Shown here piece after piece: positions 189,897-200,492 of a DNA stretch of 248,000 nt (position 1 is its first letter; the number at the start of each line of letters is the position of its first letter). This stretch comes from Hyalangium minutum. Lineage in GTDB: Bacteria; Myxococcota; Myxococcia; Myxococcales; Myxococcaceae. The translations under genes were made by a program, and so were the position numbers. The DNA lies in contig NZ_JMCB01000001.1 of the NCBI RefSeq assembly GCF_000737315.1, forward strand, positions 20,001 through 268,000. Reading direction: 5' to 3'. A model generated the notes under the pieces. It did no database searches and had not been told where the DNA came from. It saw nothing but the letters and a program-made list of their open reading frames with translations.

Positions 189897-190631
189897 TCAG
189901 CCAGATCCCCTGCCCTCCGGCGGGCCGCCCCCGAGTGCCACGCCGCGCTGCAGCCGCTCCTGGCCGAAGGGACACAGGTCCAGCACGGGGCAGCGTCCGC
190001 ACGCGGGCGACTGGTGGTAGCAGCAGCGCTGGCCATGCAGCATCAGCGCCTCGTGGTGGTCGTAGACCTGCTGCGCGTCCCATCTCTGAGGGAGAAGCGC
190101 GGCCAAGATCGCGTGCGAGGGCCCCACGGGGATGCGGGCCGAGAGCAGCCCCAGCCGGACGGCGACGCGGTAGTGGTGGCTGTCCACGGGCAGCGCGGGC
190201 ATGCGCAGGCGGCTGAAGAGGAGCACGGCGGCGCTCGTCTTCGGCCCCACGCCGGGCAGCGCCTCCAGCCAAGCGCGCGCCTGGGGCACCTCCATCCCCT
190301 CGAGGAAGTCGAGCGTCAGCGCCCCGCCTTGGCGCGTGGTGATCTCGCGGAGGACGGCCTGGAGACGCGGCGCCTTCTGCTCGGGCCAGGTGACGCTGGC
190401 GATGGCGTCCTGCACCTCCTGCAGCGGCGCGTCCCGGACGGCCTCCCAGGTGGAGAACCGGCTCCGGAGCTGCCGGAACGCCCGGCCCGAGTCCGCGTTG
190501 CGCGTGCGGTGGGACAGCAGCGCGGAGACCAGCTCGCTCAGCGGATCCAGGTCGTGGAAGAAGGGAATCGGACAGCCATACGCGGCGCACAGGCGCTCGT
190601 GCACCCGCATCACCTTCTCGGACAACTCCAT
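189897..190631 (-). CDS. Endonuclease III / HhH-GPD DNA glycosylase
   Basis: LPGVGPKT, PVD.H, C...C..CP..C Fe-S motif. Confidence 0.88.
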   Translation of the reverse strand: MELSEKVMRVHERLCAAYGCPIPFFHDLDPLSELVSALLSHRTRNADSGRAFRQLRSRFSTWEAVRDAPLQEVQDAIASVTWPEQKAPRLQAVLREITTRQGGALTLDFLEGMEVPQARAWLEALPGVGPKTSAAVLLFSRLRMPALPVDSHHYRVAVRLGLLSARIPVGPSHAILAALLPQRWDAQQVYDHHEALMLHGQRCCYHQSPACGRCPVLDLCPFGQERLQRGVALGGGPPEGRGSG

Positions 190632-190818
190632 GCCCGTCAGACCTCCTGGCCTCATGGGTTGTGAGGCTCTCATGTGACCTGACAGGTTAGCTCCGGCGCT
190701 GGCGCCCTACCGGGTTTCGAGGGGGCTCATGACGCGGGGCGTTCACTGAGCAACGGGGGTTCTTCCATGGACGGAGCGACCCAGCCCGGCATAGCGTCTC
190801 GCCACCCCGAGCGCACGA

Positions 190819-192234
190819 GTGTCCATGAGCTGGAATCCCCTTCGCGCCCTGCTGGCCTGCCTCCTCCTCGCCGCCCCCGCCGTCCAAGCCGAGGAGCCCG
190901 CCGCGCCTTCGAGCCCCGCACCCGCGCCGGAGGTGCCTCCCAACCAGTCCCCACTCCCCGCCGAGTCCGCACCGCCTCCCGAGGCGCCTCCTCCCTCGGA
191001 GGCATCTGACACGCCCGCCAGGCGCAAGGGCTGGGACATCCAGGGCGTGCCCGCCATCAACTTCAACACCGACGAGGGCTTCGGATACGGCGCGGTCCTG
191101 CTGCTGGTGGACCGGGCGGATGGCTCCTACGAGCCGTTCCGCTACTCGGTGATGTTGCAATTCTTCCAGACCACGCGGCAGGTGGCCTCGCACTTCATCA
191201 ACCTGGATGCGCCGCGGTTCCTCGGCTCGCCGTGGCGCATGGGCCTGGAGCTCGCGTATGCACGGACCAAGTTCGCCCCGTATTACGGCCTGGGCAACAC
191301 CGCGGACTACGACAAGGAACTCTCGAGCTGCGGTGATCGGGACGCACTGAAGGACAACCCGGATGTCTGCCCGGACAACACCGCGTTCCGGGGGCTGCGC
191401 TATTACACGTACGATCACCGGAGCCTGCCGCGCATCCGCCTCAACGCGCGTCGCGGGCTCTCCGACGAGTGGCTCCTCTTCCTGGGCTACCGCCTGCGCG
191501 TGGACCGGATCCGGATGCGCTACTCGGCGGATGACTTGGGCCAGACGGGCGACTCCAAGCTCTTCGAGGACACCTCCGCCGGTCTGCTCGAGCCCTATGC
191601 GGGCCCGGTCTCCGAGCCCCTCTCGGAGCGCACCTCCGAGATGCTCGTGGGCATCCAGTACGACACCCGCGACATCGAGTCCTCCCCCACTCGGGGCATG
191701 TTCCACGAGCTGTCCGTGCGCGGCGGCGCCAGCCCCCTGGGTAGCCAGCTCAACTACTGGGGCGCCACGCTCCACACGCGCTTCTTTCACCCCGTCATCC
191801 CCGGCTACTCGCGGCTCATCATGGGGTGGCGCGGCCTGCTCGATGTGATGGGCGGAGACGTCCCCATCTCCCTGCTCCCGTTCTACGGCGGGCTCGAGGG
191901 CAAGGACGGCCTGGGCGGCGTCTTCTCCGCGCGCGGCATCCTCCTGCGCCGCTACCAGGGGCCCGTGAAGCTGCTGCTCAACGGCGAGCTTCGGTGGACC
192001 CCGCTCTCCGCGCAGCCGCTGGGCCAGCAGTTCGACTTCACCTTCGCGGGGTTCCTGGACGCCGGGCGCGTCTGGAGCGACCTGCACTTCAGCGAGGGCG
192101 GGGGCTTGAAGACGTCCGCGGGCGGCGGGCTGCGCGTCATCTGGAACCGCGAGTTCGTCATCCGCCTGGACTACGGCGTCGGCATCACCGAGCCCACCAC
192201 CGGCTTCTACCTGGACATCGGCCACATCTTCTGA
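190819..192234 (+). CDS. Omp85/BamA-like outer-membrane protein
   Basis: D.G.GYG, DTRD, C-terminal GH.F. Confidence 0.75.
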   Translation: MSMSWNPLRALLACLLLAAPAVQAEEPAAPSSPAPAPEVPPNQSPLPAESAPPPEAPPPSEASDTPARRKGWDIQGVPAINFNTDEGFGYGAVLLLVDRADGSYEPFRYSVMLQFFQTTRQVASHFINLDAPRFLGSPWRMGLELAYARTKFAPYYGLGNTADYDKELSSCGDRDALKDNPDVCPDNTAFRGLRYYTYDHRSLPRIRLNARRGLSDEWLLFLGYRLRVDRIRMRYSADDLGQTGDSKLFEDTSAGLLEPYAGPVSEPLSERTSEMLVGIQYDTRDIESSPTRGMFHELSVRGGASPLGSQLNYWGATLHTRFFHPVIPGYSRLIMGWRGLLDVMGGDVPISLLPFYGGLEGKDGLGGVFSARGILLRRYQGPVKLLLNGELRWTPLSAQPLGQQFDFTFAGFLDAGRVWSDLHFSEGGGLKTSAGGGLRVIWNREFVIRLDYGVGITEPTTGFYLDIGHIF

Positions 192235-192327
192235 CGCGGCGCACTCGGGCCAGACGCCCTCGACAAGCTCGCGGCTCCTCTGCGATGACGGAGCCGCGCC
192301 GGACCGCCTCCCCGGCCTGGAGAGCTC

Positions 192328-194433
192328 ATGTCACCTAGGACTTCTCACCTCGCCTCGCCCTGCGCCCGAGCAGGCTTGCTGGCGCTCGCTTTGCTGCTCG
192401 GCAGCGCCTGCTCGGAGATGGATGCGGACACGGATCCGCTGGCGCGCATCACCCGCACGTTGGAAGCCTCGGGTGGAGCTGCCCCCCGCACGCTGGTGGC
192501 CAACGTGTACTACCGGGATCGCGCGGACCTCAACGCCCTGGCCACCGACTACGACGCGCTGGAGAAGGTGGATCGGCAAGCGGGCTTCGTGGTGCTCGCG
192601 CTCACGCCAGAGGATGCCCAAGCGCTGAGGGAGCGCGGCTACCGGGTGGAGCTGGACGAGAAGTCCACGCTGTCCGCCAACACGCCTCGTATCCCGGACG
192701 CGGCGCATCCCACGGGGATCACCTCCTTCACCTGCTACCGCACCATCGAGGAGAGCTATGCCTCCCTGGCCCAGCTCGCCGCAGCCCAGCCGAACATCGC
192801 CTCGTGGGTCGACATCGGGAACACCTGGGACAAGATCACGCGGCTCGGGCCTCCGGGGTACGACTTGTTCGCGCTGGTGTTGACCAACAAGGCACGGCCC
192901 GGGCCCAAGCCTCGCTTCTTCCTCATGGCCGCCATCCACGCGCGCGAGTACACCACCGCGGAGACGGCCACCCGCTTCGGCGAGTACCTCATCAACAACT
193001 ACGGCATCGATCCGGACGTCACCTGGATGCTGGACTACGGCGAGGTGCACATCGTCGTTCAGTCCAACCCCGACGGGCGCAAGGTCGCCGAGCAGGGCTA
193101 CACCCAGCGCAAGAACCGCAACACCACCAGCGGCAGTCAGACCTGCACCAACCCGCCCACGAACAGCAGCCAGTACGGCATTGACCTCAACCGCAACAGC
193201 ACCTTCGGGTGGGGTGGACCGGGCGCGAGCACGAGCCCCTGCAGCCTGACCTACCGGGGCCCGAGCGCGGCCAGCGAGCCGGAGACGCTCGCGCTCGAGA
193301 ACTACATCCGCTCGCTCTACCCGGACCGGCGGGGCCCCGGACGCGGAGACGCGGCGCCAGCGGACACGGAGGGCGTGATGATCTCCCTGCACAGCTACTC
193401 GGAGCTGGTGCTGTTCCCCTGGGGTGACAGCGAGTCCACCGTGCCGAACCTGGCCGGGCTGCGGGCGCTGGGCAAGCGCATGAGCTTCTACAACAACTAC
193501 GAGGCGTGCCAGACAGCCGTCTGCCTCTACGAGGCCGCGGGCGCCACGGATGACTTCACCTACGGCGAGCTGGGCGTGGCCTCGTACACCATCGAGATGG
193601 GCAACGACTTCTTCGAGAGCTGCAGCGCCTTCGAGGCAGACGTGTACCCGCGCAATTTCCCGGCGCTGCTCTACGCCTTCAAGGTGGTGCGCCGTCCGTA
193701 CCAGCTCGCGCAGGGCCCGGACTCGCGCTCGCTCACGCTGACGCCCGCCACCGTCGACCAGGGCCTGCCGGCCACCCTGCGCGCCACGGCGGATGACACC
193801 CGCTTCGGAAGCATTGGCGGCGCCGAGCAGACCCAGCCCATCATCGCCGCGCGTTACTCGGTGGATGCGCCCTCTTGGGTGCCGAACACGCCGGTCTACC
193901 CGCTGTCCGCGAGCGACGGTGCCTTCAACTCGACCCAGGAGCAGCTCACGGCCACGGTGAACACGTCCGGGCTGTCGTTCGGCCGCCACACCCTCTTCGT
194001 GGAGAGCCAGGACAGCTCGGGCGCCTGGGGGCCTCCCTCCGCCCTCTTCTTCACCGTCCATCAGCCTTTGCGCGCGGTCGGCGTGACGCCGGGCGCCTCG
194101 GGGACACAGGGAACGCGCGGGCAGCTCATCACCTACACACTGGACATCACCAACCAGGGCAGCCTTTCGGACTCGTTCCGGGTGGCGGTGACCTCGAGCT
194201 GGCCTGTCAGGACCTTGAGCTCGGTGGGGCCGCTGGGCGTGGGAGAGAGCTCCTCCGTGCAGGTAACGATCCTCGTGCCCCCAAACGCGCCGATGTGGAG
194301 CACGGACACCGCCCAGGTGCGCATCACCTCCATGGGAGATCCGCAGAAGGCGGCCACGGCCTCAATCGTCACCATGGCCACGAGCCCTGACCTGCCGCCG
194401 ACCTCCGTCACCGACGAGGACTCCACCTGGTGA
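192328..194433 (+). CDS. M14 zinc carboxypeptidase (lipoprotein)
   Basis: HARE, RKN, G.DLNRN, SLHSYS. Confidence 0.9.
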   Translation: MSPRTSHLASPCARAGLLALALLLGSACSEMDADTDPLARITRTLEASGGAAPRTLVANVYYRDRADLNALATDYDALEKVDRQAGFVVLALTPEDAQALRERGYRVELDEKSTLSANTPRIPDAAHPTGITSFTCYRTIEESYASLAQLAAAQPNIASWVDIGNTWDKITRLGPPGYDLFALVLTNKARPGPKPRFFLMAAIHAREYTTAETATRFGEYLINNYGIDPDVTWMLDYGEVHIVVQSNPDGRKVAEQGYTQRKNRNTTSGSQTCTNPPTNSSQYGIDLNRNSTFGWGGPGASTSPCSLTYRGPSAASEPETLALENYIRSLYPDRRGPGRGDAAPADTEGVMISLHSYSELVLFPWGDSESTVPNLAGLRALGKRMSFYNNYEACQTAVCLYEAAGATDDFTYGELGVASYTIEMGNDFFESCSAFEADVYPRNFPALLYAFKVVRRPYQLAQGPDSRSLTLTPATVDQGLPATLRATADDTRFGSIGGAEQTQPIIAARYSVDAPSWVPNTPVYPLSASDGAFNSTQEQLTATVNTSGLSFGRHTLFVESQDSSGAWGPPSALFFTVHQPLRAVGVTPGASGTQGTRGQLITYTLDITNQGSLSDSFRVAVTSSWPVRTLSSVGPLGVGESSSVQVTILVPPNAPMWSTDTAQVRITSMGDPQKAATASIVTMATSPDLPPTSVTDEDSTW

Positions 194434-194441
194434 GGCGCTCC

Positions 194442-195665
194442 ATGACACGGCTGTTCACCGCGCTCCTGGCCACCACCGCGCTCCTGGCCACAGGCTGCAA
194501 GAAGGAAGAGGCCCCCCGCGCGGATGCGGACTTCTACAAGAAGACCCAGGAGCAGCTGATCCGCGCCAAGCCGGGCACGGTCATCGAGCTGCCCGAAGGC
194601 CGTTTCCAGCTCGACCGGAGCCTGTCCTCCACCGTGGATGGCATCACCCTCCGCGGCAAGGGCATGGACAAGACGATCCTCTCCTTCAAGGGCCAGACCC
194701 AGGGAGCCGAGGGGCTGCTGGTCAAGGGCAACAACATCACCATCGAGGATCTGGCCATCGAGGACACGAAGGGCGACGCGCTCAAGGTCAACGGCTCGGA
194801 CGGGCTGGTGATCCGGCGCGTGCGGACCGAGTGGACGGGCGGTCCCAAGGCCACCAATGGCGCCTATGGGCTCTACCCTGTGCAGTGCCGGAACGTGCTG
194901 ATCGAGGACTCGGTGGCCATTGGGGCCTCGGACGCGGGCATCTACGTGGGCCAGTCCGAGCACGTCATCATCCGTCGCAACAAGGCGATGCGGAACGTGG
195001 CCGGCATCGAGAGTGAGAACACGAAGTTCGCGGACATCTACGAGAACACCGCGACGGAGAACACAGGTGGCATCCTGGTGTTCGACTTGCCGGATCTGCC
195101 CAAGCGCGGCGGCCAGGCCACGCGCGTCTTCAACAACGACATCTTCGCCAACACCACGGACAACTTCGCCCCCGAGGGGAACATCGTCGCCAAGGTGCCT
195201 CGGGGCACGGGCGTGATGATCATGGCCACCGACCAGGTGGAGGTGTTCCAGAACCGGATCCGCGACAACCCGACGGTGAACATGCTCATCGTCAGCTACT
195301 TCGTGGCGCAGAAACCCATCAAGGACAAGGGCTACGATCCCTACCCCGAGGCCCTCTCCATCCACGACAACACGTTCTCCGGCGGGGGAGAGTCGCCGGA
195401 CGGCGTGTTCTTGAAGCTGCTGGCGCTCAAGCTGGGCAAGCCGTTCCCGGACATCCTCTATGACGGGATTGTCGACGAGAAGAAGCGGACCCCGGCGGGC
195501 ACGCTGCCGGATGAGCTGCGCATCTGCCTCCGGAACAACGGCGATGCGGACTTCGCCAACGCCGATGTGGAGCACGACTTCGCGAACATCCGCAAGGAAC
195601 TGGCCCCTCATGACTGCCAGCACCCGAGCTACGCGCCGGTCCAGCTGACGGGAGTCATGCAGTGA
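194442..195665 (+). CDS. Parallel beta-helix repeat lipoprotein
   Basis: GASDAGIYVGQS, NVAGIE.EN. Confidence 0.85.
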   Translation: MTRLFTALLATTALLATGCKKEEAPRADADFYKKTQEQLIRAKPGTVIELPEGRFQLDRSLSSTVDGITLRGKGMDKTILSFKGQTQGAEGLLVKGNNITIEDLAIEDTKGDALKVNGSDGLVIRRVRTEWTGGPKATNGAYGLYPVQCRNVLIEDSVAIGASDAGIYVGQSEHVIIRRNKAMRNVAGIESENTKFADIYENTATENTGGILVFDLPDLPKRGGQATRVFNNDIFANTTDNFAPEGNIVAKVPRGTGVMIMATDQVEVFQNRIRDNPTVNMLIVSYFVAQKPIKDKGYDPYPEALSIHDNTFSGGGESPDGVFLKLLALKLGKPFPDILYDGIVDEKKRTPAGTLPDELRICLRNNGDADFANADVEHDFANIRKELAPHDCQHPSYAPVQLTGVMQ

Positions 195666-196789
195666 TGATGGGTCGTGTGCTGGTGGCCATGCTGGCCCTG
195701 GGGTTGGGGGCATGCAGCAAGGGGCGTGGGGAGGTCCACACCTTCGTGGAGGATCCCTATCCAGAGAAGCTGTCGGCGTGGGGGCTCTTCCAGGGTTCGG
195801 GCTGGACGCTCGAGCCCCAAGCGGGGGTCATCCCCTATTCGGTGAACACGCCGCTCTTCAGCGACTACGCGGAGAAGTACCGGACGATCTGGGTGCCTCC
195901 GGGCCAGGCGGCGCAATACCGGGACTCGGACGTGTTCGACTTCCCGGTGGGCACGATCCTGTCGAAGACGTTCATGTACCCGGTGGACGGGCGCGTGCCC
196001 GCGGCGCAGGGGCCTGGGCGGACGGCAGGCAACGCGGACAAGCGCTTCCGGCCAGTGGAGACGCGCATCCTGGTGCACGCGAAGCAGGGCTGGGTGTCCC
196101 TGCCCTACGTGTGGAACGAAGAGGGCACCGAGGCCACGCTGGAGGTGGTGGGCAGCAGCCGCAACGTGGAGGTGACGCACGCCTCGGGCGAGAAGCTGTT
196201 CGCCCACTACATGATCCCCAACGTGAACCAGTGCCAGGGCTGCCATGAGCGCGACAAGGCGATGACGCCCATCGGCCTCCAGGCGCGGCACCTGAACCGG
196301 GGCTATCCCTATGACGAGGGCCCCGAGAACCAGCTCGTGAAGCTGACGCGCGTGGGCTACCTGAAGGGCGCTCCGGCCCCCACGGCGGCGCCACGCAACG
196401 CCGTGTGGAACGAGCCCACCACGGGGACGCTGGAGGAGCGGGCGCGTGCGTATCTCGAGGCCAACTGCGCGCACTGCCACGATCGACGTGGACCCGCAGC
196501 GAGCTCGGGTCTGTACCTGGCCGCGCAGGAGAAGGATCCGCACACGCTCGGCCGCTGCAAGGCGCCCGTGGCCGCGGGCCGGGGCGCGGGCAAGGACCTG
196601 CCCTTCGACATCGTCCCCGGCAAGCCCGAGCGCTCCATCCTGGTGTACCGGATGGACTCGCAAGATCCGGGGGTGATGATGCCCGAGCTGGGGCGCTCGC
196701 TCATCCACCGAGAGGGCGTAGCGCTCCTCCGCGAGTGGATCCAACAACTCCAGGGCTCCTGCGACGACGAGCCCCGGACGGAGCGCTGA
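195662..196789 (+). CDS. SO2930-like diheme cytochrome c lipoprotein
   Basis: two CxxCH motifs, PLFSDYA.K.R. Confidence 0.85.
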   Translation: MMMGRVLVAMLALGLGACSKGRGEVHTFVEDPYPEKLSAWGLFQGSGWTLEPQAGVIPYSVNTPLFSDYAEKYRTIWVPPGQAAQYRDSDVFDFPVGTILSKTFMYPVDGRVPAAQGPGRTAGNADKRFRPVETRILVHAKQGWVSLPYVWNEEGTEATLEVVGSSRNVEVTHASGEKLFAHYMIPNVNQCQGCHERDKAMTPIGLQARHLNRGYPYDEGPENQLVKLTRVGYLKGAPAPTAAPRNAVWNEPTTGTLEERARAYLEANCAHCHDRRGPAASSGLYLAAQEKDPHTLGRCKAPVAAGRGAGKDLPFDIVPGKPERSILVYRMDSQDPGVMMPELGRSLIHREGVALLREWIQQLQGSCDDEPRTER

Positions 196790-196799
196790 AGGGAGGGCC

Positions 196800-197972
196800 T
196801 CACCGGGCGCGGCGGCGCTGTGCCCACCGCACCCCCCGTGCAGCCTGGGCCCAGCGCCCCTGGAGGCGCGCCTCGGAAGCCAACGCCTCCTCCCGCGAGG
196901 GCCCCTCCGGCAACAACCTCGCCGCGTGTGAGAGCACGAGCCGCTCCAGCGCCCACTCCTCGCACAGCCGCCTCAGGCCGGGCCCATCCAGCCCACACGC
197001 TCCCAGGAAGACCTCGCGATCCGGAGGCCGCACTCCGTGGCGCCGCCACCACTCGTCCTCGGCCTGCTTCACTTCCTCAGCGGTGGGCTCCAACCCCAAC
197101 GAGCGCGCCCAGCCCGCCAGGAGCGCCCGCCGCAGCCCCGCCTCGGCCAGCGCCGCGCTGTCCGGCTCCTGCTGCAGCACCGCCAGCACTTGGGAGGAGG
197201 ACACCGTCCGCCCCGCCAGCACGGCCACGCCCTCCTCCAACCTGCGCCGCCTCACCTTCGCGGGAAGCGAAGTCCTCACCCCTCCCCGGGGAGGCTTCAC
197301 CGGCGCGGCCGACGCCAGGAACGCCGCCGCCGCCCGGAGGCACGCCTGGGCATCCAGCGCCTGCAGATCCTCCACGCCCCGGGAGAACCATCCCTCCCAG
197401 CTTCCCCACGTGGCTGCGGACCAGGACGGGCGCTCGGCATCCAGGATCCGGCGCCAGGTGCGCTCCGCGTAGTAGAGGCGCTCGGCCACCGTCACCAGCG
197501 TCCGCGCCTGCCGCGCGTTGAGCACCCGCGCCGCCCGCGCCTGGGTCACCACGTGCCGGACATTCACCATCGGCACGGTGAGCGGCCGGTAGCCCTGCTC
197601 GGCGCCGGCGTGCCGCAGCGCCACCTCCGAGTCATCCACCAGCATCCCCGTCCGGTACCACTCGAAGATCTGCCCCACCCCTACCATGCCCTGCGCAGCC
197701 AGTTCCGCCGCGCGCAGCGCCCCCTGCCCTGCGCCCCCGAAGACGGCCACGCCCGCCTCCACCGCGGCCAGCAGCTCCTGGTGCCACACCGGCGGCAGGG
197801 CCTCGCCCACTCCATCGATCAGAGCGATGGCGCGGGGACGCAGCGCGAGCGCCCGCCACACATCCCCTCGGCGGGCCGGAGGCAGCACATGACAATTCAC
197901 CCACCGGCGCGCCTCGCCCACGGGCAGCGAGGGGCCCAGAAAGACAACGAGATCCTCAGGACGGCGTTTCAT
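196800..197972 (-). CDS. TfuA-like protein
   Basis: VFLGPSL, P..RGD, LIDG...H.E, GM.GVG.IF, DD.EVAL.H. Confidence 0.85.
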   Translation of the reverse strand: MKRRPEDLVVFLGPSLPVGEARRWVNCHVLPPARRGDVWRALALRPRAIALIDGVGEALPPVWHQELLAAVEAGVAVFGGAGQGALRAAELAAQGMVGVGQIFEWYRTGMLVDDSEVALRHAGAEQGYRPLTVPMVNVRHVVTQARAARVLNARQARTLVTVAERLYYAERTWRRILDAERPSWSAATWGSWEGWFSRGVEDLQALDAQACLRAAAAFLASAAPVKPPRGGVRTSLPAKVRRRRLEEGVAVLAGRTVSSSQVLAVLQQEPDSAALAEAGLRRALLAGWARSLGLEPTAEEVKQAEDEWWRRHGVRPPDREVFLGACGLDGPGLRRLCEEWALERLVLSHAARLLPEGPSREEALASEARLQGRWAQAARGVRWAQRRRAR

Positions 197973-199144
197973 GAGAGCTCCGAGATGCGCATGCCCGGCA
198001 CCACCACGCGCCGCACGTGCAGGCCCGACACGGGCGCGTCGAGCGTGAGGGCGGCCACCTGGGTGAAGCCCGCGCTCCGCAGGTGGTTCATCACCCGCCG
198101 CACGCTCCGCACCGGCGAGGCCTCCTCTGCGGCGAAGTCCGGCATGGTGTCGGCTTGACGCTTGGGGCGCACCGACGCACAGACCCGGGCGAGGCCTCGC
198201 ACCGCCCCGCGCTCCGCCGAGGACAACGGCTGCGGCGTCCCCTGCAGTGCCGAGAGCCGGGCACACGCGGCCTCCAGCAACGCACGCAGCAGCGCCTGAT
198301 CCCTCCCCAGCGCGCACGCATACCCCACCGTGAGCGGCACTGGCCCGTCCTCTTCATCCACCAGCACCGCCGCGGCCACCGGAAGCCCCACCGCCCCCGG
198401 TGTCCGCGAGGTGGGCGTCGCATCAAAGAGGTACACGCCAAACCCTCGCTTCTTCAAAATCCTGGCCAGCGCCTCCGTGCGAGGCGCCGCTCGCCCCAGC
198501 ACCACGGGCCCCAGCATGCGCCGCCGCATGGCCTCCTCCGTCCACCCGTCCGGCAGCGCCCGGGCGAGCTGATCCCGCTTCGTCGCCTCCAGCAGCGCCT
198601 GCAACAGCGCGCGCTGGGCATCTGGATCCGCCCCCGTGCCGTTGCGCGTCCACATCACGCTCACCGGCCCCAGCGCCACCGCGCCCGCGGGCGGGCAATG
198701 CACCCCCTGCGCCGGCACCCAGACGTTCCTCCGCGAGTGCAGCTCCGTGGCCTGCCTCCACGCGCACCGCACGGAGTCCCCCCACAGCCGGGGCTCCACC
198801 AGCCTCCCCGCCGAGCCCAGCGCCTCGGCGCTCCAGGCCTCACCGCTGCGCGGATCCAGCTCCGCGCGCGCGGCCCACACCAGCTGGCTCGTGGGGACGT
198901 GCTCCGCGGCCCAGAGCACCGCCGTCTCATAAAGCGCGCTCAGAGCCGCGTGCTCGAAGGTCAACCCCGGGCCCGAGCACGCTCCGAGCCCAGGGCTGCC
199001 GGGCCTCACGGCGCACGCCACCTCCACCCCCGTACGGTCCAATCCCGTCACCCTGGCCACACGGGTGACCTCCATGGCCTCAGCCAGCCGCTCTTGGAAA
199101 ATCTGCGAGACAAGGACGTGTTTGGTAGGAAGCACGGCACACAA
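197969..199144 (-). CDS. YcaO-like protein (several ATP-site substitutions)
   Basis: TRVA.VTGLDR.G, C-terminal V..PG; upstream of tfuA. Confidence 0.8.
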   Translation of the reverse strand: MCAVLPTKHVLVSQIFQERLAEAMEVTRVARVTGLDRTGVEVACAVRPGSPGLGACSGPGLTFEHAALSALYETAVLWAAEHVPTSQLVWAARAELDPRSGEAWSAEALGSAGRLVEPRLWGDSVRCAWRQATELHSRRNVWVPAQGVHCPPAGAVALGPVSVMWTRNGTGADPDAQRALLQALLEATKRDQLARALPDGWTEEAMRRRMLGPVVLGRAAPRTEALARILKKRGFGVYLFDATPTSRTPGAVGLPVAAAVLVDEEDGPVPLTVGYACALGRDQALLRALLEAACARLSALQGTPQPLSSAERGAVRGLARVCASVRPKRQADTMPDFAAEEASPVRSVRRVMNHLRSAGFTQVAALTLDAPVSGLHVRRVVVPGMRISELS

Positions 199145-199239
199145 CCTTAACTCGAAAACGAGCCCCGCAATCCACCCATCGTTTGCGCCCCCAGCCGCAT
199201 GGAGCGTGATAGGGGGGGAAAACAGAGGGAGTACGCCGG

Positions 199240-199725
199240 ATGATTCAGGTTGGAGATCCAGCGCCGGACTTCACCGCCACCGACTGCCAGGGGCGCCCCC
199301 TCTCCCTCTCCTCACTCCGAGGGCGGCGCGTGGTGCTGTTCTTCTTCCCCAAGGCGTTCACCATCGGCTGCACCCTCGAAGTGCGCGCTTTCCGGGACAA
199401 CCAGGCCCGCATCGAGGCGCTGGGCGCGAACCTGGTCGGAGTGTCCGTGGACTCCGTGGCCACCCAGTGCGCCTTCGCCGCCCGGGAGCACATCCACTTC
199501 GCCCTCCTCGGAGACGACGAGCGCCGCATCAGCAAGGCCTATGATGTGCTCTGGCCCGTGCTGAACGTGGATCGCCGCGTCACCTTCATCCTCGGGCCGG
199601 ACGGCAAGGTGGAGGCCGTCATCCGCCACGAGGCCCGCGTCTACCGGCACCTGGATGACGTCTTGCGTTACCTCCAGGACCACCCGCTCCCCGCCGCCCC
199701 GGGCACTGGGCCCTCACGCGGCTAG
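199240..199725 (+). CDS. Peroxiredoxin (BCP family)
   Basis: FFPKAFT.GC. Confidence 0.88.
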   Translation: MIQVGDPAPDFTATDCQGRPLSLSSLRGRRVVLFFFPKAFTIGCTLEVRAFRDNQARIEALGANLVGVSVDSVATQCAFAAREHIHFALLGDDERRISKAYDVLWPVLNVDRRVTFILGPDGKVEAVIRHEARVYRHLDDVLRYLQDHPLPAAPGTGPSRG

Positions 199726-200306
199726 TCCCACTGACAGAGGTACTCGCAGTGAGGCGCACCCTTGGCGACACACTTGGGGTGGGTGACGCGGACGGCGCTG
199801 CCGCCGGACAGCTCGATGGCGCGCTGGTGCCAGCCGACAATGGTGAGGCAGTCCGTCTCGGTGACGTTCTCCGCCCCGAAGGTGCGCAGGATGGCCGAGC
199901 GCGGGCCGAGCTTCTCGTAGGTGCGCGAGCCGACGGCGTAATAGAAGCGGTAGATCTGCGGCGCCTGGCTGAGCAGGAAGTGCGGCTCGCCCGGGCGCAC
200001 GAAGACGTGCTGGGCGCCCTTGAGGTTCTCGTCCGCCGAGGCCCGGCCCATGTCCATGAAGGCCCGGGTGCGGTCCTCGGGGGACAGCACGTCCGCGATG
200101 GCCGCGTCCAGGCGCAGGTTCAGATCGAACGGGTACCAGTTGATCGGAAGGATCATCTTCCGCAGCAGCGTCTGGTCCGCCGGAGGCAACCGCTTCAGCA
200201 CCTCCTCCAGACGCGCCTGCCCCCCCTGCTGGCGCACCAGGTTCAGCCGGGAGATGAGCACCGTGCCCTTGATGCGCGAGTGAGAGGGAGAACCGGCCGT
200301 GGCCAT
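199722..200306 (-). CDS. TIGR02265-like myxobacterial protein
   Basis: IKG.VL.SR, W.P, C..KG..HC. Confidence 0.7.
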   Translation of the reverse strand: MATAGSPSHSRIKGTVLISRLNLVRQQGGQARLEEVLKRLPPADQTLLRKMILPINWYPFDLNLRLDAAIADVLSPEDRTRAFMDMGRASADENLKGAQHVFVRPGEPHFLLSQAPQIYRFYYAVGSRTYEKLGPRSAILRTFGAENVTETDCLTIVGWHQRAIELSGGSAVRVTHPKCVAKGAPHCEYLCQWD

Positions 200307-200492
200307 GGAGGGGAGCGGCATCTTGGCAGTGACGTATGCGACGGGGCAACCCTCTGCAACTGCTGCGAAGAGCGCCTGGGAAGCCTGGTCGCTTGCCCCC
200401 TCCGAAGCTCGGCGGGAGACCCGGTTTGTAACCTTTTGTCCCTCTCCGTGTTCCCATTCCATGTGAAGGTCTGGCACACAGAGGGAGTCCCC

